Positions 58,503 through 64,000 of a DNA stretch of 64,000 nucleotides are shown piece after piece; the first letter of the stretch is position 1; the number at the start of each line of letters is the position of its first letter. Below the pieces are notes generated by a model. That model ran no database searches and was not told where the DNA came from. It saw only the letters and a list, made by a program, of their open reading frames with translations. This stretch comes from Minisyncoccia bacterium (GTDB lineage Bacteria > Patescibacteriota > Minisyncoccia > Phycocordibacterales > UBA918), in contig JBKBPM010000002.1 in assembly GCA_046293175.1 (NCBI GenBank), forward strand, positions 19,176 through 83,175, given 5' to 3'. A program made the translations under genes and the position numbers.

Positions 58503-58568
58503 TGTCCGCCTAGTATCTGTCTGATTTATTGAATAAAGCTTGTGGCTCCGAGTTGAATCTATTGAACA

Positions 58569-59447
58569 TTATTGCTTCTGCCAAATCCGAGTACCGTCAC
58601 TCAAAAAATGTATTGCACCCTCGGTGGCCGTATTACTAATCGGAATATTTCGGGCGGTTACCCTATCCACCACCTCACCGCTTGGGTGGCCGTAGCGATT
58701 GTCCTTCCCTGCGGACACCACCGCGTATTGCGGCTTCACCGCTTCGAGGAATAATTCGCCCGTTGAAGTTTTTGAACCATGGTGTCCGAGCTTGAGCACT
58801 TCACTTTGTAATTGTTCGCCGTAGGTGACACTGAGATAATCTTCGATCCCTTCGGGCGCATCGCCAGTAAACATAAAATCGCTTTCGCCATAGCTTACCT
58901 TAACGACAATTGACGACGTATTACTCTCGAGCAACGATGGATCCCGGGCTGGAGAGAATACGGTGATTGTGGTAGAGGCGCCAAGGGTGTACACCTGCCC
59001 GGCCCGAACAAAGTGGACAATATCGGTTTCGGCGGTGAGAGCTTTTTGGTACGCGCTCGCGGCTGTCGTCTCGCCGGTGTTTTCGGTAGTGAGAATACTC
59101 GCCACTTTGTACCGAGCAAGAACATCAATCAGTCCACCTATATGATCTTTGTCTGGATGGGTACCAATTACCAAATCAAGCGTACGATCGCCCCATGGGA
59201 GTTCACGTGCGAGTTCTCGCAAGACTGTACCATCCGGTCCGCCATCAATTAGTGCCTGTGCTCCATCGGGTGTCTCAATCAAAATAGCGTCCCCTTGTCC
59301 CACATCAAGAAAGGTAACCTCTAGGTACGGCGAACGGGTCGCAAATAATCCAGCAGATTGCCCACCGAGGTCATCAATAACTAAGGCAGCAAGGAGCAGT
59401 AAGAGCGCCCCGACACTTCCCCAGCGCGCTATAATGCGACGTTCCAT
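58569..59447 (-). CDS. ComEC/Rec2-type MBL-fold metallo-hydrolase domain protein (stand-alone C-terminal module)
   Basis: N-terminal TM; VTFLDVGQGDAILIETP and HPDKDHIGG, HHGS motifs of ComEC lactamase_B domain. Confidence 0.65.
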   Translation of the reverse strand: MERRIIARWGSVGALLLLLAALVIDDLGGQSAGLFATRSPYLEVTFLDVGQGDAILIETPDGAQALIDGGPDGTVLRELARELPWGDRTLDLVIGTHPDKDHIGGLIDVLARYKVASILTTENTGETTAASAYQKALTAETDIVHFVRAGQVYTLGASTTITVFSPARDPSLLESNTSSIVVKVSYGESDFMFTGDAPEGIEDYLSVTYGEQLQSEVLKLGHHGSKTSTGELFLEAVKPQYAVVSAGKDNRYGHPSGEVVDRVTARNIPISNTATEGAIHFLSDGTRIWQKQ

Positions 59448-59626
59448 AGTAGGTTTTCTAAAAAAGTATGATCAAAAGACCCAGAGACGGGGCGCGCGAA
59501 TGAGAAAATGAGAGACGTATTAAACATACGATGAACGTTTTCGAATGAAGCGCAACTAAGTATATGGGTTTTTTGGACATACTCTAATTATACCTTGTGG
59601 TACAATGTCATTCTAATCAACGCCAT

Positions 59627-60205
59627 ATGCATTACACCCCCCTTTCATTTGAAATCAGAGCACTTGATGGAATCAGTTCAGAGACTATTGAAGAACATAT
59701 TAATCTCTACAACGGCTACGTCAAACATGTAAACCTCATTGCCGAAAAAATTGAGGCGTTCAATCACGACCCCGAGAATAACAACTATGCCATCAGTGAA
59801 ATGCAGCGACGTCTTGGTTTTGAGTTTGGTGGTATGCGCAATCACGAATACTACTTCACCCAGCTTGAAGGTGGATCGAAGGCGCTCCCTGAAGGTAAGC
59901 TTAAAGAACTCATCGAGCGGCAGTGGGGTAGTGTCGAAGCGTGGCAGGCGCGGTTTGAAAAAATCGCCATGACCCGTGGCGTCGGTTGGGCAATGTTGTA
60001 CCATGATCCGCACACCGACCAGCTCGTTGTGACATGGGTCGACGAACAGCACATCGGGCAACTCGCTGACCTCGATATTATTCTCGCACTAGATATGTGG
60101 GAACATTCATACATGCGTGACTACGTCCCGAGTAAGAAGAAGGAATACATCGACGCCTTCTTCCGAAATCTCAACTGGGAAGTGGTTGCCGGTCGAGTGA
60201 TTTAG
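59627..60205 (+). CDS. sod: Fe/Mn superoxide dismutase
   Basis: DMWEHSYMRDY signature (D-x-W-E-H-[SA]-Y); start at Met MHYTPLSFEI. Confidence 0.8.
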   Translation: MHYTPLSFEIRALDGISSETIEEHINLYNGYVKHVNLIAEKIEAFNHDPENNNYAISEMQRRLGFEFGGMRNHEYYFTQLEGGSKALPEGKLKELIERQWGSVEAWQARFEKIAMTRGVGWAMLYHDPHTDQLVVTWVDEQHIGQLADLDIILALDMWEHSYMRDYVPSKKKEYIDAFFRNLNWEVVAGRVI

Positions 60206-60209
60206 AGTA

Positions 60210-61856
60210 CTACCGAAAAAATATTGGTACGTCAGGATGGGCAGCCGGCATATCGACTGCCCGTTTTAGTTTATCTGCTGTCATTAGCGTCTCTAAATAG
60301 ACACCCTCTTCCACTATTTCCCAATGTGCTAGTTCTTCCTGTTCCGCTTTAGTTAAAGTAGCGCCTCTTCCCTGCTTCATTTGGGGTTTGTGCCACCAGT
60401 ACCAACCCAGAGCCATGAGAAGATATAACACTAGTAGCAAGTACCCACTAAAAGCCGGTATCGTCACGGTGGCGATTGGCAGTTTCGCCGCAAAAGTGGC
60501 TACCCCAATGATGTACATGAGTGATACTTGGGCTATAAGTGCCAGCGGCATAGCAAGCATTGTCGAGCCAAGAGCTACGAGACCCGCGAGGAAGGTCGTG
60601 AGCATCGCCACGGGCACCATCGGCAGCGCGAGTAGATTGACCGGTATGGCCACCAGTGACCACTCGCCAATGTGGTAGAGAATGAGAGGGAGAACCGCAA
60701 TCTGGGTAGCGATGGTAGCGATGAGAAATGTCTTTATACCAAACCAGGTGGTGACTTTGGTGAAGAGCTGTTCAAACTGCGATGCAATAAGTACTAATCC
60801 CAAGGTCGCCATATAGGAGAGCTGAAAACCAATATCAAAAAGAAGTATATACGGTTGACTGGCAATCATGAACGTGCCGGCGAGTATAAGGGCACGTAAT
60901 ATATCGTAAGGACGGGCCAGCAGTGTCATAAGGAGAAACAAAAGGGCCATCGTTGTCGCTCGCATTACACTTGGTGAGTATCCAACCAAAAGTGCAAAAA
61001 CTATAATTGCTCCACCAGCGACTATCAGTCGTAAACGAAACGGCAAAAAGAAAGATGTGACTGCTAGTACAAATGTCACCACCAGCATGATGTTGTAGCC
61101 CGAGAGCACAACGATGTGCACAATACCCGCTGCCCGAAAATCATCAGCCAATTCTTCACCGAGGGCCGCCTGCACCCCAAGTAAGAGCCCAGCCCCCAGT
61201 CCATACGCCGGGTCAGGCAACACCTCTGAGAGACGGTCAAGAAAATATTGCTTCACCTGGTAGACTCGGGAGAGGAACGATGATTCGTCTCGCTTCAAAA
61301 TGGTTGGTGTCACAAAAGACATCGTATGGGTAATACCACGCGCCTCGAGGTATCCCGGATAATCAAATTCACGACCGAAGTCTGTCACAAAAGTTTCCGG
61401 TCGCTCAAGTTTGCCCGACACCTCAATTATATCGCCATACTTAATGTCGCTATAGCGATCAACACGAATAAGCACTCGTGTCTCTGCAGTTGCGACGGTG
61501 AGCATCGTCATACCTTCACGGACGTCCGGTTCACGAATCACACGACCTGTGATAGTCGTCTCCCCGACCGGCACCGCAGCAATTCGCGCGATCATCAAAT
61601 CCTTGGCACTATCCATCCGCACTATCCCTAAGCAAATAGCAGCCAAACCAACACTCATAGTAAGTAGTAATGCCAGGGACCAAAAAGCAGGTGGTGTTGT
61701 CGACTGGCGGGTCTTTGTCCGCCACCACAATACAAAAAGTCCTCCCGCCATGAGGAGAAGCAGAAGAACAGCAGAGATATATACATCGACCAACGAGCGG
61801 ACAAGTACCCCAAGAACAAACCCGAGCGTTACGGTATAAAACAGCACCGTCTTCAT
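60210..61856 (-). CDS. comEC: DNA internalisation competence protein ComEC/Rec2 (DUF4131 + competence domain, lacking MBL domain)
   Basis: 548 aa polytopic; conserved competence-domain pattern; MBL module encoded separately at 58569..59447. Confidence 0.7.
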   Translation of the reverse strand: MKTVLFYTVTLGFVLGVLVRSLVDVYISAVLLLLLMAGGLFVLWWRTKTRQSTTPPAFWSLALLLTMSVGLAAICLGIVRMDSAKDLMIARIAAVPVGETTITGRVIREPDVREGMTMLTVATAETRVLIRVDRYSDIKYGDIIEVSGKLERPETFVTDFGREFDYPGYLEARGITHTMSFVTPTILKRDESSFLSRVYQVKQYFLDRLSEVLPDPAYGLGAGLLLGVQAALGEELADDFRAAGIVHIVVLSGYNIMLVVTFVLAVTSFFLPFRLRLIVAGGAIIVFALLVGYSPSVMRATTMALLFLLMTLLARPYDILRALILAGTFMIASQPYILLFDIGFQLSYMATLGLVLIASQFEQLFTKVTTWFGIKTFLIATIATQIAVLPLILYHIGEWSLVAIPVNLLALPMVPVAMLTTFLAGLVALGSTMLAMPLALIAQVSLMYIIGVATFAAKLPIATVTIPAFSGYLLLVLYLLMALGWYWWHKPQMKQGRGATLTKAEQEELAHWEIVEEGVYLETLMTADKLKRAVDMPAAHPDVPIFFR

Positions 61857-62717
61857 AACTATAAGTGTAGCAGAGGTAAGAACGCCCCGACATGGTTAGT
61901 CGAGGCGAACGGCAACAAGTGCCAAAAAATTTGTGGTGCGAGACCACGGACGGTGTGTTCAGCCCGAGATGGGTAAAACTAGGATTTGTACCTCTCAATA
62001 ACCACGATAGGTCTCAAGGCTACCTAGCCATTCCTGACGGTGAGGTCAAGAATACCCCCTCGGGCATCATCTCCACCGGATCCAAAACGTCTTCTTGCGG
62101 AGGAGCTCATCACCGCCGTCACCGAAGGACGACAGATCGACGGTGGGTTTATGGGAAGGAACAGACTGGGGCATCACAGCCTCATAGCTAAGATTTCACT
62201 TCAGGGTGACGGCATGTCGAGCTCCCCTTGAGCGCATGCCTGCTTTTAGAATACGCCTCATCTACATATATTGCAAGCCAGTTACTGGACAAACGAAAAG
62301 ACTGGCAGGAGGCCAGTCAGCTTCGGGACGCGACACTATCGCGCCCCGAAGGAAATCTTCTACAGAAAAGAGCGGGCTTTGTGCCAAGGCACAAACAGCG
62401 AAGGAGTGAAAAAGCGTTTCGATTTGCCTTTGCCCTTCTGCACCATACCTCCAGAAGTAACTTTGAGATTGGTCCACCAGACACCACTGTGGTGGTAAGC
62501 ACGGTGATCAGGACCGACCACTGCTTTAGCAAACAAACGCTGCTTTCGAGTCATCCTCGGTTGAGTTGAGTTGCGATGCCGAGGCATATCAGGTCTGCTC
62601 GCTGCCGCCATCTCCCTTCTTGTGGTTTTCTTTCAGCCTTTTATACCAAGAAATCATCTCAATCTCCCTGTTCCTTGTGCCACCGAATGTAGCACAATGC
62701 CAGTACCCTACCGCAAA

Positions 62718-63140
62718 TTACCGCTTACCGTCAAGCGCTTCATTCACCAGACGATCCACTTCTTTTTTCTGTTCACTCGAGATCTGCGTGAAGACAATGT
62801 TTGGAAAACTCGCTACCCGCAAATTGTGAATCATAATAAAAAGCGGCACAAGACCAGGCTCGTTGATTTGATATTCATTATTAAGCTGCTTTTTTACAAG
62901 CTCACTGTCAAGGCGAATCTCAACGTTCGCTGCTTTGGTGTCTTCACCAAGCACTTGCTTGAGGGTCTCGAGTCCTACCATTACCGCATGATACTCGGCG
63001 TAGTTATTGGTACTATTCCCGATAGTCTTCCCTACTTCTTTGAGTACCGTACCAGCCGCATCAGTGATATAGACACCGATTGCAGCAGGGCCTGGATTCC
63101 CCCGTGCACTACCATCGGTGTAACAGATGACTTTATTCAT
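62718..63140 (-). CDS. rnhA: ribonuclease HI
   Basis: YTDGSARGNPGPAAIGV, NNYAEYHA, DSELV motifs. Confidence 0.85.
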   Translation of the reverse strand: MNKVICYTDGSARGNPGPAAIGVYITDAAGTVLKEVGKTIGNSTNNYAEYHAVMVGLETLKQVLGEDTKAANVEIRLDSELVKKQLNNEYQINEPGLVPLFIMIHNLRVASFPNIVFTQISSEQKKEVDRLVNEALDGKR

Positions 63141-63192
63141 ATACGTACTGTAGCATATATAACAAAAGGGCGCCTATTGTGGCAGGCGCCCC

Positions 63193-63414
63193 TCATTCGC
63201 TCGTATCAAAACTGAGCATTCCAGTGAACGTTTCTTTACTTCGTAATTCTGCACGGTACTCACCGGTAGATAACTTTTCAAGTTTCGTCCACCACTCTTC
63301 TTTTGCTGACCCTTTCAAGAAGCCTCTACCAAAAAGGTGTGCGCCGCCGATGTACACCTCTATGGTTAAGGAACCAAAACGGGCCTTTTTAATATTTGGC
63401 GATGCTGACATCAA
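63193..63414 (-). CDS. hypothetical small protein
   Basis: 73 aa ORF; overlaps an alternative plus-strand ORF; no motif. Confidence 0.25.
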   Translation of the reverse strand: MMSASPNIKKARFGSLTIEVYIGGAHLFGRGFLKGSAKEEWWTKLEKLSTGEYRAELRSKETFTGMLSFDTSE

Positions 63415-63451
63415 AGACCTCTTTCCACTTAAAAAACATCATACGGATAAT

Positions 63452-64000
63452 TTATAAAATATCAATAATACGCAAACGAGTAGACCGTCGCCCCATAAAA
63501 AATGATTCTTCAATATGTGCAACAAGTGTACAAGCCTGGCCATCTTTTGGGATCAGTTTAAAATCTTCTAGAGTAGCAAAAAAGGCAATCGCTTCAAGTG
63601 ATCCTCGTTTGGTCGAAAAAGTGAGTTTGAGATGCTCTTTAGCTTTGCCAAAGAGCGCAACCGAATCTGGTATCACCCCGATAAACGCAAAAACTGGCTT
63701 CGGGTTCCCCACCCCAAAAGGAGCAAGCTCTTTGAGTAACTGCTGCACAGGCCCCATGACTTCATCTAGAGTCAAAACCGCATCGACCTGGAGTGGTGTT
63801 TCGACTACCGCTTCACTCCCGAGACGGACAAACGCCTCATTAAGTACGTCGCCGAAAGTATGGATATGTGCATCCTGCACCGCAAATCCCCCCGACGCGT
63901 GGTGTCCCCCATACTCATGAAAAATATCAGGCACCGCTTCCATGAGACGAACAACACTCACACCACCGCCTGAGCGACACGAACCCTTAATCACATCATT
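63452..64000 (-). CDS. recJ: RecJ-like DHH-family exonuclease, C-terminal part (DHHA1 + C-terminal domain); gene likely continues beyond window
   Basis: GGHHASGGF DHHA1 motif. Confidence 0.5.
   Translation of the reverse strand, partial: NDVIKGSCRSGGGVSVVRLMEAVPDIFHEYGGHHASGGFAVQDAHIHTFGDVLNEAFVRLGSEAVVETPLQVDAVLTLDEVMGPVQQLLKELAPFGVGNPKPVFAFIGVIPDSVALFGKAKEHLKLTFSTKRGSLEAIAFFATLEDFKLIPKDGQACTLVAHIEESFFMGRRSTRLRIIDIL

Noticed and set aside
61857-62717. tmRNA or RNase P RNA assignment for the 860-bp noncoding region
   Set aside because: By eye there are no GGAAAGTCCGG / ACAGAANCCGGCTTA RNase P motifs, and no GGTTCGAATCC-type T-arm with a CCA-proximal acceptor pairing. The one tRNA-sized candidate fold failed at the T-arm. 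The region is kept only as an unassigned structured region.
63179-63457. Plus-strand 92-aa ORF antisense to 63193..63414
   Set aside because: Mutually exclusive with the minus-strand ORF. Neither has motif support. The minus-strand one is reported at low confidence only because its composition is more protein-like.

Overview
This 64-kb window looks like a low-to-moderate-GC bacterial genome with Candidate Phyla Radiation (Saccharibacteria-like) characteristics. The CPR assignment is an inference resting on three sequence-level observations, not a database result. First, there is no L30 gene between S5 and L15. Second, a phosphoketolase gene sits beside an acetate kinase gene (heterolactic module). 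Third, many small secreted Cys-rich proteins are present.

The backbone is a nearly complete minus-strand ribosomal-protein supercluster. Its str/S10/spc gene order is interrupted at four junctions by accessory insertions:
- rpsL-rpsG lies about 11 kb away from fusA.
- fusA is separated from tuf by about 2.3 kb.
- rplC is separated from rpsJ by a 3.9-kb island of paralogous secreted proteins that share identical 5' cassettes.
- rplB is separated from rpsS by a 2.8-kb island carrying a VapBC toxin-antitoxin pair.

The plus strand carries infC-rpmI-rplT, rpmB, sod, two cytidylate-kinase-like paralogs and a photolyase-related gene.

Three features are proposed here as the main candidate novelties; none has been matched against any database. 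The first is an intergenic repeat family, TTACAG-N6-TACACC plus a hairpin whose stem sequence varies while its pairing is conserved (compensatory changes), present as at least 6 copies at 3 loci. The second is the mosaic secreted-protein cassette family, with a poly-G/C frameshift in one copy. The third is a roughly 750-bp high-GC islet (HTH regulator plus a small Cys/His protein) next to a tandem, partly frameshifted pair of secreted vWA-like genes.

Several long noncoding stretches are unassigned and rich in perfect hairpins: about 840 bp at 61.9-62.7 kb, a 436-bp rplE-rpsZ spacer, and 20.47-20.70 kb. Protein-coding coordinates derive from the supplied ORF track; regulatory-element coordinates were counted by eye and may be off by 1-2 nt.
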